Assembly (NCBI GenBank): GCA_964587565.1
Contig: CAZPLK010000001.1
Location: 120,088-184,087, forward strand
DNA: 64,000 nt
Reading direction: 5' to 3'
From: an uncultured Muribaculaceae bacterium
GTDB lineage: Bacteria > Bacillota_I > Bacilli_A > RF39 > UBA660
Under the pieces are notes generated by a model. It was not told where the DNA came from and did no database searches. It saw nothing but the letters and a program-made list of their open reading frames with translations. A program made the translations under genes and the position numbers. Positions 47,659 to 57,100 of this stretch are shown here, piece by piece; the stretch's first letter is position 1, and each line of letters opens with the position of its first letter.

Positions 47659-48099
47659 ATGGAGAAAAAACAGTATAAACAAATAGTCGATAACAATACA
47701 CCAATGGAAAACAGACTATATAATGGAATGGTAGCTTTTATTGTCGGTGGTTTTATGGGAGCGATAGGGGAATTATTAATCCAGATTTATTCTTATTTTT
47801 TTAACATATCCAGTTCCGAAGCTTCTGTGTTAATGATTATGACACTTATATTTTTAGGATGCTTGTTTACTGCTTTAGGTTTTTTTGATAATTTAGTTAA
47901 TTTCGCCAAAGCAGGATTAATTATACCGATAACAGGTTTCGCCCATGCTACTATGAGTGCAGCGTTAGAACATAGGGAAGAAGGGTTAGTTACTGGAGTA
48001 GGTGCTAATATATTTAAATTATCTGGTACTGTAATTGTGTTTGGTATTGTTAGTGCTTATATTGTAGGACTAATTAGATTAATGTTTTTAGGAGGATAA
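47659..48099 (+). CDS. spoVAC: Stage V sporulation protein AC
   Basis: 146 aa, 4 TM helices, conserved PITGFAHA and GANIFKL motifs. Confidence 0.85.
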   Translation: MEKKQYKQIVDNNTPMENRLYNGMVAFIVGGFMGAIGELLIQIYSYFFNISSSEASVLMIMTLIFLGCLFTALGFFDNLVNFAKAGLIIPITGFAHATMSAALEHREEGLVTGVGANIFKLSGTVIVFGIVSAYIVGLIRLMFLGG

Positions 48100-48100
48100 T

Positions 48101-49087
48101 ATGACTTTTACATATAAAAATGTATATATAAATGATGTTAGTACAATTGTAGGCCCTTATGAAAAAAAAGGACCAATTGGAAATTTATTTGATAAATATT
48201 ACGATGATTTGTATTTTGGTGAAAAAACATGGGAACAAGCAGAAGTGAAATTAATTGTTGAAAGTGTTGAATTATTATTAAAAAAATTAAATAAAAATAA
48301 ACTAGATATTGATGTACATTTGTCTGGTGATTTGTTAAATCAAATTGTAGCAACAAATTATGCCTCGGCAAAATTAGGTATTCCATTACTAGGGCTTTAT
48401 AGTGCTTGTGCAACTAGTGTTGAGGCTCTTATTATAGGAGCAAATATGATTGAATCAAGCCAAATTAATAATTGTATTTGTAGTGTTTCTTCTCATAATA
48501 ATGCAGCGGAAAAACAATTTAGATATCCTATTGAATATGGTGGTCCTAAACCAAAAACAGCAACTTTTACAACAACTGGTTGTGCTAGTGCATATTTAAG
48601 TAAACAACTAAAAGGTATAAAAATAGAAAGTGGCACGATTGGTACTGTTAGTGAGTTAGGTATTACTGATCCTTATCATATGGGTGCTATTATGGCTTCA
48701 TCAGCAGGTGATACAATAAATAAGCATTTAAATGATTTAAATAGAACCTTTGATTATTACGATTTAATTATTACAGGAGATTTAGGAAAGTATGGTTCAA
48801 AAATTTTAATAGATTATATGAAAACGAAATACGGTATTAATTTAACTAATCATCAAGATGCTGGTGTTATGATATACGATTTAAAAACACAACCCGTTTA
48901 CTCTGGTGGAAGTGGGACAGCGTGTGCCCCGTTAGTAACATATACACATGTTTTTAAACTAATGCAAAAAAAGGAAATCAAAAAAGTATTATTAGTTGCA
49001 ACAGGTGCATTACTATCATCGACAATGGCTTTACAAAAACTTGGAATACCATCAATATCACACGCAATTAGTTTGGAGGTATTGTAA
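48101..49087 (+). CDS. spoVAD: Stage V sporulation protein AD (thiolase-like fold)
   Basis: 328 aa. YFGEKTWEQAE, GLYSACATS and SGGSGTACAP motifs typical of SpoVAD. Confidence 0.85.
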   Translation: MTFTYKNVYINDVSTIVGPYEKKGPIGNLFDKYYDDLYFGEKTWEQAEVKLIVESVELLLKKLNKNKLDIDVHLSGDLLNQIVATNYASAKLGIPLLGLYSACATSVEALIIGANMIESSQINNCICSVSSHNNAAEKQFRYPIEYGGPKPKTATFTTTGCASAYLSKQLKGIKIESGTIGTVSELGITDPYHMGAIMASSAGDTINKHLNDLNRTFDYYDLIITGDLGKYGSKILIDYMKTKYGINLTNHQDAGVMIYDLKTQPVYSGGSGTACAPLVTYTHVFKLMQKKEIKKVLLVATGALLSSTMALQKLGIPSISHAISLEVL

Positions 49088-49437
49088 TGATATACATAAA
49101 TGCATTTATATTTTGTGGAACAATTTGTTTAATTGGACAAATAATTTTAGACAACACTAAATTAACACCAGGCCACGTTACTGCTATTTTAGTTACAATT
49201 GGTACCTTTCTTGATTTATTCCACATATACGATCGCTTTGTATTGTGGGCAGGTGGTGGGGCATTAGTACCAATAACTAGTTTTGGTCATTTATTAATTC
49301 ATGGAGCACTAGCTAAAGCTAGCAACCTTGGACCGATGGGGTTAGTAATGGGGATGTTTGATTTAACAGCCGCTGGAATTGTTTCAGTAATCTTTTTCTC
49401 TTTTATATTAGCTTTAATATTTAAACCTAAAGATTAA
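49087..49437 (+). CDS. spoVAEb: Stage V sporulation protein AE(b)
   Basis: 116 aa, 3-4 TM helices, GGGALVPITSFGH motif. ATGA-type coupling to spoVAD. Confidence 0.8.
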   Translation: MIYINAFIFCGTICLIGQIILDNTKLTPGHVTAILVTIGTFLDLFHIYDRFVLWAGGGALVPITSFGHLLIHGALAKASNLGPMGLVMGMFDLTAAGIVSVIFFSFILALIFKPKD

Positions 49438-49479
49438 AAATGTAAATATGCTTTAAAAATGATTTTAAATGGTGATAAT

Positions 49480-52344
49480 ATGAAGAAAAATAATAAAAAA
49501 GCATTTACATTAGTAGAGTTATTAGCAGTAATATTTATTATTGGCATTTTATCTGTAATTACTATACCTACCATTAACAAATTAACTTTGCAAAGTAAAG
49601 AACAATTATATAAAAATCAAATAGATAACATAAAACATGGTGCTAAAAACTGGGCTGCTAGTAATTTTTACATGTTGCCAGAAAGTGAAGGAGAACAAAT
49701 TACACTTACATTAGGACAGTTACAAATAGGAGGATTTGTTGCATCTGATATTAAAGATCCGAGAAATAAAAAACCATTTCCAAGAGATATGGAAATAATA
49801 ATCAAAAGAATTATGAATAGTTATCGCTATGAAGTAATAGAAGGTAGTGGTGGTGAAAATGGTAACTTAGATTTTGATTCTCCAACTATAATTTTAAATG
49901 GTTCAGCTCATGAAATTGTGGAAATTAATACAAATTATGTTGAAAAAGGTGCACTAGCAAAAGATCCAAGTGGTAGTCTAATAGATGATATTAATATTTT
50001 AATTCAATCTAACAATAAAGAAGTAGATAAAGTAGATACTAGTAAATTAGTACAATATAAAATAACTTATAGTGCTGTTTATAATAATAATACGGCAACT
50101 GCAATAAGAACAGTTACTATTAAAGATACAATACCCCCGAATTTAAATGTACCTGGTAATATAATAATATCATCCGATGAGGTATTAAATTACGATTTTA
50201 TGGAAGGGGTTAGTGCAACAGATAACTCTCTTGAAAATGTAAATATTACAATAAAAGGAACAGTAAGTGTACTTCCAGGAAAGTACTTGCTAACTTATAT
50301 TGCGACAGATTCATCTTCCAATAAAACAGAAAAAACAAGGCACATTACAGTAGTAAGTGCTACATATCCAACAATATCAATAATAGGTAGTAGTATAGTA
50401 AATATAAATGTGGAAGAACCATATAAAGACATGGGAGCAACTGCTAGTGATTTATTAGATGGTGATTTAACTAATAAAATTATTGTTAGTGGTACAGTTA
50501 ATGTTAATATACCTGGAAATTATAATATTACTTATGAAGTTACTAATAGCATAGGTAAAACTACAACTGTAATAAGGGAAGTAAAAGTAATTGATAATAT
50601 ACCACCTGTTATAGTTTTTGGGACAAATGGAAACAGTACTTATGCAAGAAATTATAATACCAAAATAACAGTAAATGATATACATTCATTGGTAAATAAA
50701 AATTCACTAAAATATTTATGGTCAACAACTACTACAACTCCTAGTGAAAGTTCTTTTACTAATAAATTCACAAGTGGTGATATAATATCAACGCCAAATG
50801 ATTTAAGTGGTAGTTATTATTTATGGATAATAGCAAAAGACACCGTTGGGAATACTGCAATTAAAAGAACAAATGCATTTAACTTGGATAATACTAATCC
50901 TAGTGTTACAAACATAGTTAGTAATGTAACAAATATAACAGAAACAGGTTTTACTATAACAAGAAGCGGAAATGCAACTGATGCCCATAGTGGATTAGCT
51001 AGCATTCCATATATGTATCAAATAAGTACAAACAATGTAAGTTGGATTACAAATTGTACTAGTAGTGCTACAACTTGTGTTGTAACTGGGTTAGACCTTG
51101 AAACAAAATACTATTATAGAATATGTGCATCGGATAAAGTTGGTAATCAATCGTGTGTAGCAAGTAAAAACACTACAACCGAAGGCGGTGATTATAGTAT
51201 TGTTAAAAACGTTAACAGACCAGTATTGTTGCCAGGTATGACGCCAATTAAATGGAATGGTATGACAGAGGTGATTACTACTACAAATGATACATCTTGG
51301 TATGATTATACTAATAAAATGTGGGCTAATGCAAAAACAAAAGACGGATCTTATTGGGTGTGGGTACCAAGATATGCATATCAAATTTCAAGTGGTTATC
51401 ATACTAAAAGTGCTGGTAATATAAATATAAAATTTTTACAAGGTAATACTAATGTTGCATCTGATAATACAACAGTGGCAACAACCCCTACTTATAGTGG
51501 TTCTAGGCAAACTAATTATATAAGACATCCCGCTTTCCAATTTGGAACAGAAGAAATCCTAGGATTTTGGGTAGCAAAATTCGAACCAAGTGGTACTTTA
51601 AGCAATATAAATATTTTACCAAACGCATCAACATTAACAAATATAAATGTTAAAGATATGTTTAATGCAAGTTTAAATATGAAATCCAATTCAAAGTATG
51701 GTTGGGGTACCAATACTGTTGATACCCACATGGCTAAAAATACAGAATGGGGAGCAATAGCTTATTTAAGTAAATCCATATATGGGGCGAATAGTGAAGT
51801 GTGGATTAATAATAGTAACAATTATACGACTGGTTGTGCTGGAAGTAGTATATCAGCTAGTAGTTATTCTGGTTGTCAAAACGCTTATAATACAACAATT
51901 GGTGTTAGAGCTAGTACAACACATAATATATATGGTGTGTACGATATGAGTGGTGGCGCGAATGAATATGTAACAGGAAATTTAAATCGTACAACAGCAA
52001 GTAGTGGTTTTTCTATAACTGAACTTAGAGGAATAGATTCAAAGTATATTGATGTATATAGTGGTTATAATAGTACGATATTTGGTGATGCTATTTATGA
52101 AACGAGTTTAACTCAAAAAATGAGTGATTTTGGCAATGCTAACAAATTAAATGAATCATGGCACAATCAGAGATCAACTTTAATCGGTACTTATAGTATA
52201 GCTGGAAGAAGTATATCAGCACCATGGTATATTAGAGGTGATGATTATGCGGGGAGAGAATTAGCAGGATTATTTTCATTTAGACCCGATGCTGGAAATG
52301 CTTCATCAAGTTATTCTTTTAGACCAATAGCAATACCTCAATAA
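49480..52344 (+). CDS. 954-aa modular type IV pilin-like protein (pilin module, 3 Ig-like DUF5011-type repeats, Fn3-like domain, FGE/SUMF1-like lectin-fold domain)
   Basis: ATG 49480 follows a GGTGA SD. Class III signal MKKNNKKA|FTLVELLAVIFIIGIL. Repeats of the P.I.L.G....pY.d.Ga.A.D..dG.l...I...G.V....pG.Y.itY...D..gN pattern, DxHSGL Fn3-like segment. The C-terminus has GFWVAKFEPS...NTEWGAIAYL...GVYDMSGGANEYV...WYIRGDD...SFRP. Confidence 0.7.
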   Translation: MKKNNKKAFTLVELLAVIFIIGILSVITIPTINKLTLQSKEQLYKNQIDNIKHGAKNWAASNFYMLPESEGEQITLTLGQLQIGGFVASDIKDPRNKKPFPRDMEIIIKRIMNSYRYEVIEGSGGENGNLDFDSPTIILNGSAHEIVEINTNYVEKGALAKDPSGSLIDDINILIQSNNKEVDKVDTSKLVQYKITYSAVYNNNTATAIRTVTIKDTIPPNLNVPGNIIISSDEVLNYDFMEGVSATDNSLENVNITIKGTVSVLPGKYLLTYIATDSSSNKTEKTRHITVVSATYPTISIIGSSIVNINVEEPYKDMGATASDLLDGDLTNKIIVSGTVNVNIPGNYNITYEVTNSIGKTTTVIREVKVIDNIPPVIVFGTNGNSTYARNYNTKITVNDIHSLVNKNSLKYLWSTTTTTPSESSFTNKFTSGDIISTPNDLSGSYYLWIIAKDTVGNTAIKRTNAFNLDNTNPSVTNIVSNVTNITETGFTITRSGNATDAHSGLASIPYMYQISTNNVSWITNCTSSATTCVVTGLDLETKYYYRICASDKVGNQSCVASKNTTTEGGDYSIVKNVNRPVLLPGMTPIKWNGMTEVITTTNDTSWYDYTNKMWANAKTKDGSYWVWVPRYAYQISSGYHTKSAGNINIKFLQGNTNVASDNTTVATTPTYSGSRQTNYIRHPAFQFGTEEILGFWVAKFEPSGTLSNINILPNASTLTNINVKDMFNASLNMKSNSKYGWGTNTVDTHMAKNTEWGAIAYLSKSIYGANSEVWINNSNNYTTGCAGSSISASSYSGCQNAYNTTIGVRASTTHNIYGVYDMSGGANEYVTGNLNRTTASSGFSITELRGIDSKYIDVYSGYNSTIFGDAIYETSLTQKMSDFGNANKLNESWHNQRSTLIGTYSIAGRSISAPWYIRGDDYAGRELAGLFSFRPDAGNASSSYSFRPIAIPQ

Positions 52345-52374
52345 GAACAAATAACATTTATTTGTTCTTTTATT
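52344..52374 (+). terminator. Rho-independent terminator after the 954-aa pilin-like gene
   Basis: AGAACAAATAA-cat-TTATTTGTTCT perfect 11-bp stem followed by a T run. Confidence 0.75.
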
Positions 52375-52417
52375 ATATATTCCAACAATTAGTCCATAAT
52401 AAAAAAGAGGTAATATT

Positions 52418-54082
52418 ATGATTCAAAATAAAAACAAAGGTTTTACATTGATCGAATTATTAAGTGTAATTGTAGTTTTTGTTATTATAATGCTTATAGT
52501 AAGTCCAGTAGTTATAAACATAATAAAAAGTGCTAATAAAGGTGCTTTTAAAAACAGTGTTAACGGGATAGTGAAAAGTGCTATATTAGAACAATCTAAA
52601 AATGTATTAACCGGTAAAGAAGTGAATGAACTTATTTTTACATATGAAAACGGTGTTGAAAAATCAAATATTATTGGGGCAAAACTTAATTATAAAGGTA
52701 AAAGTCCAAGTGAAGGTGTTATTATTGTCAATAAAAAAGGACAAGTTTCACTTGCTCTTTTCGATTCAATGTGTGCTATTAAATCATTCGAAGGCAATGT
52801 GGAAATTAAACCAAATAGTAAAGAAGATTGTCAATTAAAATTATTAATACCTACTATTGAATTAATTGGAAATAATACAATAGATATAGAAATAAATACT
52901 AAATATGAAGAACTAGGTGTAATTGCAAAAAAATATAACGGAGATGTTATTAAAAATGTTGATATTAAAATTAAATATAATGGCATAATACAAAAAACTG
53001 TTGATACTAGTAAATTAGGAACATATGAATTAATATATTCAGTACAAGAAGATAATCAAAGGGTAGAGATATTAAGAATTATACATATTGTAGATACAAT
53101 CCCTCCTGTTTTAAACATTCCAAAAGATATAGTTATTGACATCAAAAATTTTAATGATTTTGATTTTATGGATGGTGTTAGTGCCACGGATAATAGCAAT
53201 GAAAAAATTAATATAATTACAACTAGTAACATTGTTCCAATACCAGGTAATTATTATATTAAATATGAAGCATTTGATTCATCAGGGAACAAAACGGAAA
53301 AGATAAGGCAAATTAACATAATAGATACAACACCACCTAATATAAATAAATTAGTTATATCAACTAAAAATGTAACATCTAATTCATTTGTCATTATAAT
53401 GGAAGGAGAAGTTTTTGACGAACACAGTGACTTAGCACAAAAACCATTTATTTATCAAACAAGTACTGATAACGTTAATTGGCAAACAAAATGTACAACA
53501 AGTAATAAAGATTGTTTAGTTGAAAATTTAAATAATAACACAACATATTATTACCGTTTATGTGTCATAGATATATATGATAATAAAGCGTGTTCTAATA
53601 ATAAAAGTATAACAACTAGTAATCCGCTTTATTACTACGATAAATATAGGGTAGGTATTAATTACTATAATTACCGAAATCCTTCATCAAATTTTTCTTA
53701 TAGTTATACAACATCTGAAAAATCATTATCAAGTGGTAGTACCATATCAATTGCAGGTACAACGAGTTATGGTTTTAATAGTACATCTGGTTTTTATGGT
53801 ACTGGCTCATCTGTAACATTGACTCAATCAACAATTTCAAACGGATATACTAGATACTATGCAAGCGGAAGTTCAATTTCACAACATAAAATAGTTAATA
53901 AAAGAACATCAGGCTCAACAGTATATTGGAAAGAAGAAGTTTATGTTATGAGTTGTCAATATGATACAAGTTATACGAGAGGAGCGTTTATAGAAACTGT
54001 GACAGCTATTACTGGTCAGTATCCTAATAACGGTAGACATACAGATGGTTATTGGTATGTCAGAAGAGAATTGGTTAGTTAA
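52418..54082 (+). CDS. 554-aa modular type IV pilin-like protein (pilin module, 2 Ig-like repeats, Fn3-like domain, Tyr/Ser/Gly-rich C-terminal domain)
   Basis: Class III signal MIQNKNKG|FTLIELLSVIVVFVII. The pilin module is paralogous to 41156-42205 (LNYKGKSPSEGVIIVNKKGQVSLALF vs LKFKGKKPESGMIIINNNGVVSLALY). The Ig/Fn3 part is paralogous to 49480-52344 (DFMDGVSATDNS / DFMEGVSATDNS). Confidence 0.7.
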   Translation: MIQNKNKGFTLIELLSVIVVFVIIMLIVSPVVINIIKSANKGAFKNSVNGIVKSAILEQSKNVLTGKEVNELIFTYENGVEKSNIIGAKLNYKGKSPSEGVIIVNKKGQVSLALFDSMCAIKSFEGNVEIKPNSKEDCQLKLLIPTIELIGNNTIDIEINTKYEELGVIAKKYNGDVIKNVDIKIKYNGIIQKTVDTSKLGTYELIYSVQEDNQRVEILRIIHIVDTIPPVLNIPKDIVIDIKNFNDFDFMDGVSATDNSNEKINIITTSNIVPIPGNYYIKYEAFDSSGNKTEKIRQINIIDTTPPNINKLVISTKNVTSNSFVIIMEGEVFDEHSDLAQKPFIYQTSTDNVNWQTKCTTSNKDCLVENLNNNTTYYYRLCVIDIYDNKACSNNKSITTSNPLYYYDKYRVGINYYNYRNPSSNFSYSYTTSEKSLSSGSTISIAGTTSYGFNSTSGFYGTGSSVTLTQSTISNGYTRYYASGSSISQHKIVNKRTSGSTVYWKEEVYVMSCQYDTSYTRGAFIETVTAITGQYPNNGRHTDGYWYVRRELVS

Positions 54083-54104
54083 AAGGGCGTTATACCCCTT
54101 TTTC
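54081..54104 (+). terminator. Rho-independent terminator
   Basis: AAAAGGG-cgttatac-CCCTTTT followed by TC. Confidence 0.55.
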
Positions 54105-54180
54105 TTATTAATAATTTACTTTAAATATAACTTAATATATAGTATAATATACATATAGTATAATAGAAAAGGGGAGTTAT

Positions 54181-57100
54181 ATGAAGAAAAAATTAACAAT
54201 TGATGGTAATGAAGCTTGTACTATAAGTGCTTATGCCTTTACTGAAGTTGCAGGTATATATCCTATTACTCCATCGAGTCCTATGGCGGAATTAATGGAT
54301 ACTTGGAGTAATGAGGGGAAATTAAATTTATTTAATGACACTGTTAAAGTTGTAGAAATGCAGAGTGAAGCTGGGGCTGCAGGTATGGTACACGGTTCTT
54401 TACAAGCAGGCCTTTTAACAACAACATTTACGTCTAGTCAAGGCTTACTTTTAATGATACCAAACATATACAAAATGGTTGGGGAAATGCTACCCGGCGT
54501 GATTCATGTAGCAGCAAGATCAATCTCGACTCAAGCACTTAGTATTTTTGGTGATCATCAAGATATTTATGCAACAAGGCAAACAGGTATAACAATGCTA
54601 GCTTCTTCATCTGTTCAAGATGTAGCATATTTATCAGCTATCGCCCATTTAGTAGCGATAAAATCGTCTCTACCAGTAATGCACTTTTTTGATGGTTTTA
54701 GAACAAGTCATGAATTACAAAAAATAGATACATTAGATGTGGGAACTTATTGTAAATTAATCGATAAAGAAGCGGTGAGAAAATTTAGGCAAAGGGCGCT
54801 GAAACCAAATAAGGCAATTACAAGAGGTACTGCCCAAAATGATGATATTTATTTCCAAGCTGTGGAAGTAAGAAATAAATTTCACGATAAAGTTCCATTT
54901 ATTGTAAATGAATATATGGAAAAAATTAATGAAATAGCAGGTACAAATTATTTACCATTTAATTATTATGGAAGTGAGAATGCTGAAAATATTATTGTTG
55001 CTATGGGTTCTGTAACTGAAACAATTAAGGAAACAATAGATTATCTAAATAACTTAGATTATAATATCGGTTTAATCGAAGTACATTTATATAGACCATT
55101 TAGTTCAAAACATTTATTAAACGTACTACCTAAAACAGTTAAGAAAATCGCAGTTTTGGATAGAACAAAAGAACCAGGTAGTATAGGAGAACCGCTATAT
55201 TTAGATGTAGTTGCTGCATTAAAAGGAAAAGATATTTCCATTGTTGGTGGTCGCTATGGATTGTCAAGTAAAAATACAACACCACGTCAAATAAAAGCAG
55301 TTTACGATATGTTAAGTGCTGAATTAAAACATAACTTTACAATCGGCATCGAAGATGATGTTACTAACTTAAGCTTAGAAGTTGAAGAAGATTTTACAAT
55401 AACAAATGCTAGAGAATTTGTAATATATGGTTACGGTAGTGATGGTATGGTAACAGCAGCCCAATCAATTATAAAAATTGTTGGTGATAATACAAATAAA
55501 TATGTTCAAGGTTATTTTCAATATGATTCCAAAAAATCAGGTGGAGTCACAGTAGGACACTTAAGGTTTTGTGACAACTCAATTCGTGCCACTTATTATG
55601 TTGAAAAACCAGAATTGGTAGTAGTAACAAAAGATAGTTATTTAAATGATTTTAAAGTTATTCACAACATAGCTAATGATGGAACATTTATATTAGCTAC
55701 ATCTAAAACTGATGAAGATGTCCAAAAATTACTTACAAAAGAAATGAAACAAATAATTAATGAAAGAAATATTAAATTTTATATTATAAACGCGTACGAA
55801 CTAGCGCGTAAAGTGGGACTTCAAAATAGAATAAGCACTATTATGCAAACTGCTATTATGAAAGTAACTAATATTGTTGATTACAATTTAGCTATAAAGG
55901 AAATGAAACAAATGGTAGCAGATACCTTTGCATTAAGAGGTAATAATATTGTTGAAGCCAACTATGATGCAATTGATAGTGTTGAACAATATTTGAAAAA
56001 AATAGAAGTAAATATGGATAACAATAGGGAAGAGAAAAATCATGTTTTTGACGGTGTTTTCGAGGCAATGTCAAGAAGAGAAGGTGATTTATTACCAACA
56101 TCAGCATTTTTAACTAACCCTGATGGAACATTTGAAGGTGGAACAACAGCTTTTGAAAAAAGAGCAATTAGTGATGTAGTCCCAAGGTGGATTAGTAATA
56201 ATTGTATACAATGTGCTCAGTGCTCATTCGTTTGTCCACATGCTGTTATAAGACCATTTCATTTAAGTGAAGAAGAATATGAAAAAGCTCCTGACTATAT
56301 TAAGGAAAGGTGTATTAAACCTATTGAGAAACATTTACAAGAATATTATTTCATAATAAGTGTATCCGTAAAAGATTGTACAGGATGCCGCTTGTGCATT
56401 AACGTCTGTCCAGGTCGTGGTGGCCAAAAAGCTTTAGTTCCAAAAGATTTAACTGGGGAAATAAAAAACTATGAACAAGATATAGCAGATTATTTATTTA
56501 ACAACATTAGTGATAAAAATTTACTGCCTAACACATCAATAAAAGGTACTCAATTAAAAGAACCTAAATTTAGCTTTAGTGGAGCTTGTGCAGGATGTGG
56601 AGAAACCGCTTATATTAAATTGTTAACACAACTGTTTGGTGATCAAATGATTATCGCTAACGCCACTGGATGTTCATCAATATATGGTGCTAGTGCACCT
56701 AGTATGCCATACACGGTTCCTTGGGCGAGTTCTTTATTTGAAGATAATGCAGAATATGGTTATGGTATACTTGTTGCTTCTGATGTAATGAGAAATAGAA
56801 TAAGAAAAATAATGACAGATAATCTAGATGGTGTTAATAAAGAATGGTTTTCAAAGTGGCTTGAAAATTATGATGATTTTAAAATTACAAAAGAAGTTTA
56901 TGAAAATATAAATTATGATAAAGCTCCAAAAGAGTTAATCGAATTAAAAGATTATATAAAAAGTAGAGTTATTTGGACAATAGGCGGTGATGGCTGGGCA
57001 TATGACATTGGTTTTGGCGGAATAGATCATGTTTTGGCAAGTAATGACAATGTTAATATATTAGTATTAGATTCACAAGTTTATTCGAATACTGGTGGGC

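Noticed and set aside
52373-52401. Possible sporulation-sigma promoter (CATAATA at 52395-52401) in front of the 554-aa pilin-like gene, and sigmaE/K-like CATATAAT upstream of sigK.
   Set aside because: Only the -10-like half matches. The -35 position reads TTATA/ATTAT with no G. In DNA this AT-rich, such half-sites are expected by chance.
54130-54170. Tandem ATATAGTATAATA direct repeat upstream of PFOR.
   Set aside because: It is a short AT-rich duplication that simply creates two overlapping TATAAT boxes, consistent with a strong promoter. It is not a distinct element.
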